From Saccostrea cucullata (Eukaryota), in assembly GCF_032062105.1 (NCBI RefSeq), contig NW_026940900.1, positions 1 through 64,000 on the forward strand: a stretch of DNA of 64,000 bases, read 5' to 3'. The notes beneath the pieces were generated by a model that was given only the letters and a program-made list of their open reading frames with translations, did no database searches and was not told the origin of the DNA. Shown here in pieces: positions 1 through 11,980 of the stretch; positions within the stretch are counted from its first letter, which is position 1; every line of letters begins with the position of its first letter. The position numbers were made by a program, and so were the translations under genes.

Positions 1-2067
1 AAGTGTTTGCCAAGAAGGTAATCTATGTTAGAAATATATCTTTTGATTTACTCCTTGATATTCATTCAATGTGAACTGAAAAATTGTTATGTTTATTCTC
101 ATTCTTTAACACAATATTATGCTAATAAAAAAATAAAATATCTTTCCATATTGTTTGATTCCAATTTTAGATGTGAATGAATGCAGGAACTTTCCCTGTC
201 AAAACAATGGCGTGTGTACAAATTTTCAGGGAGGATTTGACTGTACTTGTAGGCCTGGGTTTACAGGAGCACTTTGTGAACTAGGTTTAACACTTATCTT
301 TATTATTTTCCCTTATAACAAGTTAACATACACTGTAAAATATTGGATTTCTTTTATTTGTTTAATTCTTAGGGGATTTAGGGGTTAGATGGGAATGAAT
401 TCTAATTTTTTACAAAAATGTGCTTACTTTTTGGCAGACATAAATGAATGCTTATCTGGACCTTGCAAAAACAATGTTCCTTGCGTCAACACACATGGTT
501 CGTATATATGCGCATGTGTGGATAATTGGGGTGGAAAGCATTGCGAAATAGGTAAGGAAACTTTCGAAACTTGCACCTTACCCCTTTCTGATATGAATTT
601 TTTTAAATGTATGTATTTGTAATACATATTCAAATTGATAGTTATTTTTCAGACTTGTGTTGGACAAAACCAGCCCAGTTAGTATTTGTTGTTGACACTT
701 CGCTCAGTACCACCGACAAAATACTTCAACAACAGAAAGACTTCATATCTGACGTCATTTCAAGAATTTCCCTCTCAAACGAAAAATTCAAAGTAGCGGT
801 AGCATCATATGGAACAAATACAAGCATCGACATTGGGTTCGATTCCTACCAAAACAATAAAACAGTACTGCTGGAGCACGTCTCCAAAGTTTCAGTCAGG
901 AATGGAAAAACGGACATTCATGACGCCTCATACAAGGTGAGAGATATCTTGAATGAAACCAAAGGGAGTAACCAGTTTGTCTTCTTCTTCACGGACGGGA
1001 TGCCAACTGATCTACAACTAGCTATAAATGGAACAGGGGAGTTACGAGCACGTTTGCTGAACTCTAGCTTTAATAATGCTTTGTTGTTCGTGGCTTTTGG
1101 TGAAGACGTAAGACATGAGGGTTTAAAAAGATTGTCTGGAGATCCACATTATGATGATGTTTTCACGCATACTTCCATGGATCCGATGTATTACGCGATG
1201 AAGAGACTGGTAGATAGAAAATGTACAGGTAATGTACATATATTGATTGAAATACCCGGGTATTTACATGTAACTATATATTTTGGAAAACAGTTTGACA
1301 AAAATATCACTATAAATAGTACATCCATTCATTTAACCGTACCTTTACAGCTGTATACACTCTTATTCTTTTGTATAAATTCACTTTTCTTCTTTTTATT
1401 TTTTCGACCTGTTTATCAATTTATCTTTTCAGCATGTTTTCATCAATTTATGGTGGATCTTATGTTCGTTATTGACGTATCTTCAATTCTACCACAAGAA
1501 ACATTCTCCGGTAGTTTAAGAGTCATCAACTCAATTTTAGAGCGCCTAAAACTTGTAACTTCTTTGGGACAAAATGAAACTCAATTTGGAGCTGTTTATT
1601 TTTCAAATGAACCTCACCTGTTAATGCACTTGAACGAGACATACGATTTTGATAGTTGTGCAAGCAGAATTATGGGAATAGAACAAGATTGCACAAGCTA
1701 TCGGAATTCCTCTACAAATGTAGCAAGAGCTTTGGAATTTACACGAACCCATCTTTTGTCCCCCGAACACGGTGCTAGAAATTCATCTCGAAAACTTCTG
1801 ATCCATATCTACACCGGATTTGATGTTAATATTACAGAGTCTGTGAAGGTGACACAGTCATTAACGAGGGACAATATTACCGTCTTTTCAATTGGAGTCG
1901 GAGACAAATACAAGGATGAAGACGTTTTATCTACTGCTTCCAGTGCATTTCATGCTTATTTTGCAGAATATACTGAAATGGACCAAAGCTGGAGGCTTAC
2001 AGACACAGAATTAAACTTTATTAGCAAGATATACTCAATACTTTGTACGGAGAGGGTAAATGCTTAA
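1..2067 (+). CDS. Gene A, 3' part: secreted EGF-repeat / double-vWA protein (fibropellin/notch-like EGFs plus two vWA). Exons <1-17, 171-284, 438-551, 653-1228, 1433-2067
   Basis: GT-AG phase-1 exons. Two 114-nt calcium-binding EGF exons (DVNECRNFPC..., DINECLSGPC...). First vWA has LVFVVDTSLS and FFTDGMP; second vWA has DLMFVIDVSS and ends CTERVNA*. The 5' part lies outside the window. Confidence 0.9.
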
Positions 2068-2623
2068 AGCATTCTTTAAAATCGCAGCGACTTCATTAAC
2101 TTGTACATTTATTGTCTTACAACTTCTTTGGAAAATGTTCAGAATATGTCTGAAAAAAAAGCAATAGCTTACAATAATTTCACAAATCAAGACCTTTATT
2201 TATTTATTGCATACTTATTTGTATTTTGAAATTATTATATTAAAATACTACTTTTCATTCAGCCTTTCCGATCAAAGTTTTACGTCGTTTGCAATATTGG
2301 TCGTCACATTAGTTTTTAACTCGCATGTTTTCTTGTCATCATTACAGTTTGTTCATGAATAATATGATAAGCGACACAGGTGTGTATAAATTTCCTACAA
2401 TCCATAATGATTAAACTTTCAGAATTTTCATGTAATTCTTGTTCTTTACAATAAAACCCTGAAAATAAATAGAAACACCAGAGGATAAAATGTTCAAAAG
2501 CCTTAAGAGGAAGTCAAAACCGATTTCGATCTGTTAATTAATAACGGGTGACATTAATTGCGTAATGTGGACTGTTGCAAAACCATCCTTCACTTAGTTA
2601 ATATTGTCTGATACAACTGTTTT

Positions 2624-3111
2624 TATTATACTTTCATGTTAAATACTAAAACATCAGACGCAGTTAACAATAAAATGTGACAACGGGTAACACAACGGTA
2701 ATGCCACATGCATGGAAATTATGCGCGTACGGTTCAGTAGAATTCTCAAAATGTCAGTTGCGCAAAACCGAATTAACTTGACGTCAATAAAAGCTTGCGT
2801 CCGATATAGCTTTACATGCTTGCAAGTGTAGGAAACATGCTTGCGAGCCAGAAGTAACGAAACTTTATATGATAAATGACTCTAATTCGAGTATCAAACA
2901 AAGAATAAGGAGATTAGTGAACCGGTGAGTGTGAAAGCTTTCTATACATGAACGTAAAGACGATCGACGGTTTTTTTTCATTCATTAGACATTCAGTATG
3001 ATAAAATCATTTACTTAATATTCAACCTCCGCTGACGCGTCGGTTGACAATGGTTTTCCTTGGGGTGTCAATTTCAAATGTTACCCTCCAAAACAGGCAC
3101 CATTTATATAC
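2624..3111. mobile_element. Non-autonomous element (Helitron-like, family unresolved) present only in duplication copy 1
   Basis: Empty site ACAACTGTTTT/GATTACTG at ~11640 in copy 2. Internal hairpin CAACCTCCGCTGACGCGTCGGTTG. Confidence 0.7.
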
Positions 3112-3449
3112 GATTACTGCAAATGACTATGGGACCTTTTAATCAAATCAAGTTTTTTAATGATTAAATATACTTCGAGGTACAATGTCATGTATATCAC
3201 GAAAAACATGTCTTTCACTACAACGTTTGGTAAAATATGTCAGTTTCAACAAATTTCTCTTCAAAATAATGAGAATGCATTTGTTTTTTATTCCTTCCTT
3301 TACATATGAAAGAATGAAGATTTTCATTATTTTTCTCCGAATAAAATATTTTCCTTTGACATATATAGAAGATGCTTCTTTGGCAATATAATTTCATATA
3401 TCAATTATAATATTCATTAGTATGCTTTACAATATGTGATCATTGTTAG

Positions 3450-5097
3450 CTATGCTTTAATTCTATTGCTACAATACACATGTTCAAACTTCAACATAAA
3501 TTTTAAATCTGTTTCAGTGATATACCAGCAATTATCCTTCCATTTTTCGCTGAAGAAAGCATAGTAAGCACTGTATGCTGTCTGAAGAACATCTTTCTAG
3601 TCAAATTTTTCTCCAACACCAATAGATATCACAGTTACATTTTCATTTGTCAATCTTCTTGTTTTTAACAGATTTTGTTGTGTTTTTGTCATATCCTGTA
3701 TACGTATGAATAATGTACTTTCGAGAATTTTTCCTACCTCAATTTTTTAATGACAGAGCTTCCGATGAAATGAAACGGAAACCCTTCGCAACATAAGGGG
3801 TAGAATTCATTTGTTTACAGTCTTGTTCTGATTTTAAGAAAAATCCAGCAAAATTGTTTATATCTTGCGACTGGTTCAGTCTTGTCATAAGTACTGATTC
3901 TGAAGAAATATGGACGGCACCGATTTGTAAGTCATTTTCACCGAACACAAAGTTTTGTTGAAGTTTTTGCAAATTGGTTTCACATTCACATTTACAAAAG
4001 TAGTTCCCCTTTGCAGGGTCAACCAGGGTCAACTGGCGTAAGGTACTGTTTTCCCTATATAACCTTACCAACTATTTGGGTCAGTATCTTAGAAATAAAA
4101 TCTATATGAATATGTTAAATTTTTCATGTTGCCCCACACTCTGGCAATACAGGTACAGATCGAAATTGTCCGATAACGTGTGAAGATTAAAAATATTAAC
4201 AGATAAGTTACAAAAGACAAAGTGGGGAAAATGAGCGTTACGCCGACAACGAGAGATAACTCTTAGGAATGTGAAATTCGCCTATATTGATAGACTAGAG
4301 GTAAAAGTAGTTTATCCTGTAGCGATGATGTATCAAGAGCCAAAATGAGATCAAATGACCTTTATTCTTTGCATGCTATAAGAGAAAAAATAATTAAAGT
4401 ATTATATTTAGAATATAAATGTCTTGATATCAATATAATATCAATATTGTCGGAATATCCCTTTTTGTGTAATGCGGATACCTATGATTATACAATAGTG
4501 AATTTCCAAACGATAAAAACAAATTTAACTTGCACTTTACCGCAAATAGATATTTTTTTTCTAATCTTTGATTTAAATGAATTATTCTGATGAAAGTTTG
4601 TCTTTGAAAGTTAAAGTTTAGTCTTTAAAATTTTCATTCAAAATCATTTACACGTAGTTTTCTTGTTTAAGAAAAAGTAGCGAAAAAATATGAACGTACC
4701 AGAGCACTTGGCGTTCACCAGTTTCTTAAAAATATGATACAGAGCGTCCATGTTTGCATCACTTAAAACATTTTTTCCATCGCCATTTGAAGACAACCCG
4801 CGTAGACCTTCGTGACGTATATCTTCACCAACCTCAACAAGAATGACGTCATTCAATGGCATAGTTTGATACCTGGTCGAGTAATGCAATGCTTTTGTTA
4901 TATGCGCAAAAAAGGGATATCAACTAGAGCATCAGATCCATAAGATACAAGTGCTATGTCAATTTTTTCTTCAGAAACTGTTATTCTTTTAATGACTTTG
5001 GAAACAAAATGCACTTGATCTTTCAAGATTGACTCCGTGGTGCTAAGGGAAGAATCCATTGCAAAAACTATCTGTGCATGGATTGTTTTGCATAAAT
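3450..5097 (-). pseudogene. Pseudogenised copy of the last two (vWA) exons of gene B, copy 1
   Basis: Homologous to 25177-26590. A 176-bp deletion removes the LTDGMP segment of the first vWA. A ~300-bp insertion and frameshifts break the second vWA, which ends CSNRIKA*. No EGF exons upstream. Confidence 0.88.
3978..4283. mobile_element. MITE-like insertion in the pseudo-vWA exon (also at 12514-12819)
   Basis: Absent from intact gene B at ~25710. Near-terminal inverted repeat TTTCACATTC ... GAATGTGAAA. Confidence 0.65.
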
Positions 5098-5125
5098 CTA
5101 TAAATATAAAATCATAAGAGTACTA

Positions 5126-6028
5126 ATAGCGAGCGCAGCGAGCTCAATAGACCAACGTGTTAGAACAGAGGAAATTTGGAATTAAACCTACACATACGTC
5201 AAGCACATTTTTGTGTGAAACCTTCCCAAATTCCTGTACCACCCAATAACCTTTGCGCGAATAAATAAATAAATAAATAATAACGTAAATCATAACAGGC
5301 TTTCAGTTTGTAGAAATCTTTGAAAGAAACAAAAAATAACTCTGCAATGTCTTTCGACAAAAATTGCACTAGGTCTGTAGTATGCAGTTATGGAATGGGT
5401 ACGAGGGAAATAGCAAACTTATGGCTCCCCGCTTTACGTTATTATTTTTTTTTGTATAGAGTAATTACAGATGAGGAAAAATAATTGATGCACTTCGATT
5501 GTTCAAATAATACCCAATAGCAGAGAAGAAGATTTTTTTTAAAAATTAATGTATCTTTACTAAATAATCGAAAGAGCCACGCCCTAACACCAAAGCCCCT
5601 GAAGTAGGGGCCATGAAATTTACAATTTCGGCAAAGGCATCAATGATTATCATAACCATGCATTTAGTTTGTTTAAATAATACCTAGGATCAGAGAAGAA
5701 TCTCTAAGAATTAATGCATTTTTAAATTTTTACTATATACTCAATAGAGCCCTACCCCTAACACCAAAACCCCATGACCCAGGAAATTCTCAATTTAAAA
5801 AAAGCATCTTTGTGTATTAAAAGCATGCACTTAGTTTGTTTTAAATAAAACCAAGGAGCAGGAAAGAAGATGTTAAAAGAATTGATGTATTTTCACTAAA
5901 TAATCAATAGAGCCAAGTCCTAACACCAGAGCCCCTGACCCAGGAGCCATGAAATTTTATTTTGGAAAAGGCATCAATGCTTATCATAACCATGCACTTA
6001 GTTTAATTAAATAGTACCCAGGAGCATT
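5126..6028. mobile_element. HINE/Helentron-like non-autonomous element fragment with ~180-bp internal subrepeats (also at ~13654-14549)
   Basis: Starts with GCGAGCGCAGCGAGC. About three degenerate units of GAGAAGAAGATTTT...CCCTAACACCA...CCAGGGGCCATGAAATTT...CATAACCATGCA. Confidence 0.65.
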
Positions 6029-6170
6029 GTTATAATCCTTTTCGTAAAAAAAAATCTTCCATATCAAAGATTTCAAGTCAAATGAACTGAACAAACATGG
6101 TGCACACACATGCATAAAAAATTCTACAGTATGGAGTCAGATGACAAAATGATGTTCTTATTTCCTAGAT

Positions 6171-9100
6171 TTATGGTTTTGTGAACACATGGACTCTTTG
6201 AAGTCCACTCCCTCTGTAGTGTTGTTTCCAGTTAGTGGCGAGATACGGGTATCTTATTTTTCCATAATATCGTCCACCATTATATCCAATATAGCCTTTT
6301 CCATTATCATACATTACTCCTATAGTCAGCGATCCCCCTTTCTTTGTAACACACCATGCCCTGGCGATTGCTATGATATCTCCCCAAGGATTAAGTCCAT
6401 CGCCATATCTACCTAGTCCAGAATGTTCCACAGAGCTGAATGTTACCACAGCGTCAAATTCACCAAGTTTATTGTTCAGAAACGCCTTGCTAAATTCTCT
6501 AGGAGTGAAAGTTTTAATTTTTGGATGTAGGGATTTAATTTCTCCATATTCAAGAGTTACAACTTCTTTTGCTCCAGCCTCCAATACGCATGCCTCAACC
6601 CATGGATTCTCAGACCCTATAACTAAGACGCGTCCACCTTTGATGCCAAGAGCATGCCGCATCCCATCTCTTAACGCGTTTGTTTCGGAAATTCCATAAT
6701 TTCCTCCTAAAGCCCCTCTCTTTGCCAGCGAGACCATTTGTTCTACGCTTGCTTTTGTCCATACTGGCGTTCTAGCCTTTTGGGCAAAGTATGGATTGTT
6801 AAAATAATAATCTGATACTGGCAGCCGAAAATTCATTGTAAAATCCTTGAGAAGTTTTTTTGGAATCTTTTTTGTTGCCACTTTCAAACCATGCCCTTTA
6901 ATATCAATGTATTCATTTCTGAAAATTGCTATACAGTTTATTGGTGCCGTAACATGGTTAAAATACGGACCTGGAGTGCCAGGCCGTGACGTATTGCATA
7001 GTTGCCCACAGTCGCTTCGTATTACTTCTATTTCGGCATACGGTATACCATCAGGACCTTTAGGAAGAGGATTATATTTCCTGTAGGTTTCTGTTCGTGG
7101 AACAGGATCGAAGATGGGAGGGCTTTTTATGTACTGATCCCAATGGTTTTGCCACACGAAAAACATGAAACTGGCCATAATAACAAGAATTCCCAGCAAG
7201 CTGCATTTATTTCTTGAGACTTCTGTGATGGTTGCAATTCTGAAATGGAAAGGAAAATAATTATATAATTGAAACATGGTTTTGGTTTGGTATTTTGAGC
7301 CTCATTGTGTGAAAGTTTTCATGCTACCTTGTATATAAAATGTAATGGTCTTGTTTCTTAAAGGTAACACACTATGCAGATCGAAAAGGAAATGTATATT
7401 GATATTACATGAAGTTGACGTTTAAAAATCTTTTGCTAAATATTAGCATGTTTCGTACCCTATTTTCCCATAATTTTCACATAATTTTTATTGATTTAAT
7501 TTTTGGTGTTGGATTTTTATTCAAAGGTTCTTTTGCTGAAAATGAATATTTTTTTAATTGATTATCGACTGGGCAATATCTATCACAATAGTGAGACTTG
7601 TCCCTAAATAAAATATTAAATGGGGAAAATGTCTTGTGTTAAAATTCAAATATCTGTACATGTATAATAACTTTCTCTTTAATTTACATCTGACAGCCAT
7701 CTGGAGTTGAGGGGCAACTAGTAAAAAAACTTCTATGCAAATTTTGATCAGAAATAGATAACTTAAACCTTTCGCTAAGGCGAACAAAAAACCAGATGTA
7801 TGCTAAATTTTATTTGCCAGAAGAATGAAAAATGAAGTCGTCGTTTAATCAACCCAATATTGAGTGATTGGTGCTATGATCATATCAGTTTCTCCAATTT
7901 CATGGATCACAATCTATTCCCCATTTTCTGCAGTGACGATGTGGAGTATCGTTATTTACATTCAAATTTTCCCTGAAATGAATTTAGACACTGTGTTGTA
8001 ATAATAAAGTATGAAATGACCAAGAGTCATGTTTTGTCGACCTTGATGGATTGTATATTGTTTAACTCCCTCTCGAGAATTTCTAACTCACATTCTAACC
8101 ACTGCACCACGCGGGCGACATGTCGACCTTGAAGTAAAACTTCAAACTTTACTATGATTTATTACCATATCTGTAAGGCTGAGCGTATAGAAACTAATCC
8201 ATTACACAATACCAAGGCGGGTCGAGTTAAGTTAAGATCTCTGAAAGAAATTACCTCGTTATATTTTTTTACGTGTTGCAGTGGTAGAAAAAAAAATATT
8301 AACTGTGCCTTGCACAGTAAAGATGGTAAACACAATAAACTGTTGTGATTTGATAGGGGTATTAAAAGTTGCTAACTCTAAACCATGCACAAACATTTCT
8401 CTGCTGATCATGATCAGCCATAGCAAGTTTTTTCTACGTAAATTGGACATTCATGGTCGGTTTCAAAAGTCGTAAGAATGTTTTTTTTAAAGAAGATTGG
8501 CACGTTAAAATCTCAAATCGGCACTGAAAAATGATTCAAGTTAGATTAGTTCTTGACACATTACAACATTGGATAATAATATTTCTTGTGAATAAACCTT
8601 GTGAAGAAAATAAGGATGGCCAGTAAGACTCATGTGAGCACTGTGACCGATAGGCCTTTAGATTAATTTTGTTCTTGTATGTGCATGTGTCTTGTATCAG
8701 ATCATCTGATTAAAATAATTAATTCAACCACTTAATGTTAAAATCCGTTTCTTGGTTATGCAAGTACTTAACCTCCCATTGTGTTATGCCATTATATCCT
8801 GCTATATATATTAAAAATACTGAACGGAACTTATAGTCATCTATAGCTACATTCATTTCTTTTGACAGATGAGAAAGATGAATAGAGTCCTTAAGCTACC
8901 AATTGTTTTCACACACCTTAAATATATGGATGAATATACAGATGGACGGAATACTAAAAAAAACTGATTGACAGATAATCAAATGCATTTGAAAATTCAT
9001 TTTCACTGTCGAAAAAAAAGCAATTTATACAGGTATTTGAAACTTATAAATGTAACTAGTATTCACTAAAATTTGGTTGTTGAATCTTTAAATTATGTTA

Positions 9101-9330
9101 GATTAATCCCTCTTTGTGTTTAGTAGGAGCAAGTGAATGTCATATAAAGGTATCGTTAGCATTTTATCCTCGGACTCAATCGTATAAAGCGATGAGAATT
9201 GTTCCAAAGCCACATAATTTTTAATAAATAAGAGAAATATAAGGAAAATGTATCTAAGTTCAGTGTTGACAAAATACAATGGAAAAAATATGAATTAAAA
9301 AAATAAATACCTTGATGATGAAATATTCAT
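6171..9330 (-). CDS. DUF268-family SAM-dependent methyltransferase-like type II membrane protein, copy 1. Coding exons 9330-9311 and 7239-6171
   Basis: ATG AAT ATT TCA TCA TCA AG|gtattt ... ttccatttcag|A ATT GCA gives MNISSSRIAT, then the hydrophobic anchor CSLLGILVIMASFMFFVW. Motifs VLVIGSENPWVE, VVTLEY, FDAVVTFSSVEHSGLGRYGD and KKGGSLTIGV are typical of DUF268. Confidence 0.85.
8047..8120 (-). mobile_element. Internally deleted tRNA-SINE (both ends kept) with 12-bp TSD; second copy at ~17549-17622
   Basis: 5' end GTCGCCCGCGTGGTGCAGTGGTTAGAA is joined to 3' end AATTCTCGAGAGGGA...CAATC. TSD TGTCGACCTTGA at 8035-8046 and 8121-8132. Confidence 0.75.
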
Positions 9331-9742
9331 TTCTCCCTCAACTCCAGTTTGAATATTGTTAAATAAAAATGCAATCTATATTTTGTAATATAAGTTTTGT
9401 CATACATAAAGCCTTGAAAACGTCAGTTATGTCGGACTAAAGCAACCTCTAAACATGGCTTATAAGTCAGAATAAATTCTGCTTCAGATCACTTACCCGG
9501 TCTCACATGGGAAATAGATACTTAAGATCCAGGATCAAAAGCAACCCTGGAACATGAAAGTGCATATCTAGAGGCATCTAGGACTGCAATTAGGGATGTA
9601 CATTTATTTACTAGACTTGCTTCTAGAATATTTGCCTAGATTTTATCTCTTTGGCTTTGTATACATTTTTATATGCATAATCCTTGCTAATTGTCACCAT
9701 TGGGCAAAGTTAACAAGCTCATATACCCCACGCTCCACCAAA

Positions 9743-11094
9743 ACTCGAAGTGCTGAATTTGTCGGGAAAAATAAAGGAATCCGAATTTCCTGGTAATATG
9801 CACAAACGAAAAATTCAAAGTAGCGGTAGCATCATATGGAACAAATACAAGCATCGACATTGGGTTCGATTCCTACCAAAACAGTAAAACAGTACTGCTG
9901 GAGCACGTCTCCAAACTTTCAGTCAGGAATGGAAAAACGGACATTCATGACGCCTCATACAAGGTGAGAGATATCTTGAATGAAACCAAAGGGAGTAACC
10001 AGTTTGTCTTCTTCTTCACGGACGGGATGCCAACTGATCTACAACTAGCTATAAATGGAACAGGGGAGTTACGAGCACGTTTGCTGAACTCTAGCTTTAA
10101 TAATGCTTTGTTGTTCGTGGCTTTTGGTGAAGACGTAAGACATGAGGGTTTAAAAAGATTGTCTGGAGATCCACATTATGATGATGTTTTCACGCATACT
10201 TCCATGGATCCGATGTATTACGCGATGAAGAGACTGGTAGATAGAAAATGTACAGGTAATGTACATATATTGATTGAAATACCCGGGTATTTACGTGTAA
10301 CTATATATTTTGGAAAACAGTTTGACAAAAATATCACTATAAATAGTACATCCATTCATTTAACCGTACCTTTACAGCTGTATACACTCTTATTCTTTTG
10401 TATAAATTCACTTTTCTTCTTTTTATTTTTTCGACCTGTTTATCAATTTATCTTTTCAGCTTGTTTTCATCAATTTATGGTGGATCTTATGTTCGTTATT
10501 GACGTATCTTCAATTCTACCACAAGAAACATTCTCCGGTAGTTTAAGAGTCATCAACTCAATTTTAGAGCGCCTAAAAGTTGTAACTTCTTTGGGACAAA
10601 ATAAAACTCAATTTGGAGCTGTTTATTTTTCAAATGAACCTCACCTGTTAATGCAATTGAACGAGACATACGATTTTGATAGTTGTGCAAGCAGAATTAT
10701 GGGTATAGAACAAGATTGTACAAGCTTTCGGAATTCCTCTACAAATGTAGCAAGAGCTTTGGAATTTACACGAACCCATCTTTTGTCCCCCGAACACGGT
10801 GCCAGAAATTCATCTCGAAAACTTCTGATCCATATGTACACCGGATTTGATGCTAATATTACAGAGTCTGTGAAGGTGACACAGTCATTAACGAGGGATG
10901 ATATTACCATCTTTTCAATTGGAGTCGGAGACAAATACAAAGATGAAGACGTTTTATCTACTGCTTCCAGTGCATTTCATGCTTATTTTGCAGAATATAC
11001 TAAAATGGACCAAAGTTGGAGGCTTACAGACACAGAATTAAACTTTATTAGCAAGATATACTCAATACTTTGTACGGAAAGGGTAAATGCTTAA
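9743..11094 (+). pseudogene. 5'-truncated duplicate of gene A's last two vWA exons
   Basis: Starts mid-exon, without the acceptor or the DTSLS MIDAS segment. About 9 amino-acid changes in the second vWA relative to gene A. Frame still open to CTERVNA*. Confidence 0.82.
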
Positions 11095-11980
11095 AGCAAC
11101 CTTAAAATGGCAGCGACTTCATTCACTTATACATTTATTGTCTTACAACTTCTTTGGAAAATGTTCAGAATATATCTGAAAAAGCAATAGCTTACAATAA
11201 TTCCACGAATCAAGACCTTTATTTATTGCATACTTATTTGTATTTTTAAATTATTATATTAGATTACTACTTTTCCTTCAGCCTTTCCTGTCAAAGTTTT
11301 ACGTCGTTTGCAATATTGGTCGTCACATTAGTTTTTAACTCGCATGTTTTCTTGTCATCATTACAGTTTGTTCATGAATAATATGATAAGCGACACAGGT
11401 GTGTATAAATTTCCAACAATCCATAATGATTAAACTTTCAGAAATCTCATGTAATTCTTGTTCTTTACAATAAAACCCTGAAAATAAAAAGAAACATCAG
11501 AGGATAAAATGTTCAAAAGCCTTAAAAGGAAGTCAAAACCGATTTCGATCTGTTAATTAATAGCGGGTGACATTAATTGCGTAAAATGGACTGTTGCAAA
11601 ACCGTCCTTCATTTACTTAATATTCTCTGATACAACTGTTTTGATTACTGCAAATGACTATGGGAACTTTTAATCAAATTAAGTTTTTTAATGATTAAAT
11701 ATACTTCGAGGTACAATGTCATGTATATCACAAAAAACATGTCTTTCACTGCAACGTTTGGCAAAATATGTCAGTTTCAACAAATTTCTCTTCAAAATAA
11801 TGAGAATGCATTTGTTTTTTATTCCTTCCTTCACATATGAAAGAATGAAGATTTTCATTATTTTTCTCCGAATAAAATATTTCCCTTTGACATATATAGA
11901 AGATGCTTCTTTGGCAATATGATTTCATATATCAATTATAATATTCATTAGTATGCTTTACAATATGTGATCATTGTTAG

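Noticed and set aside
607-2067. 486-aa ORF as a single-exon protein
   Set aside because: It runs through an upstream intron and the 204-nt intron. Splice sites and paralogs show it is two terminal exons of a larger gene.
6189-7217. Plus-strand ORFs overlapping DUF268 (also 14712-15737)
   Set aside because: Antisense shadows of the real coding exon.
6171-7239. DUF268 as bacterial contamination or recent horizontal transfer
   Set aside because: It has spliceosomal introns, host-like composition and host TEs in its intron. Ancient transfer cannot be judged without a phylogeny.
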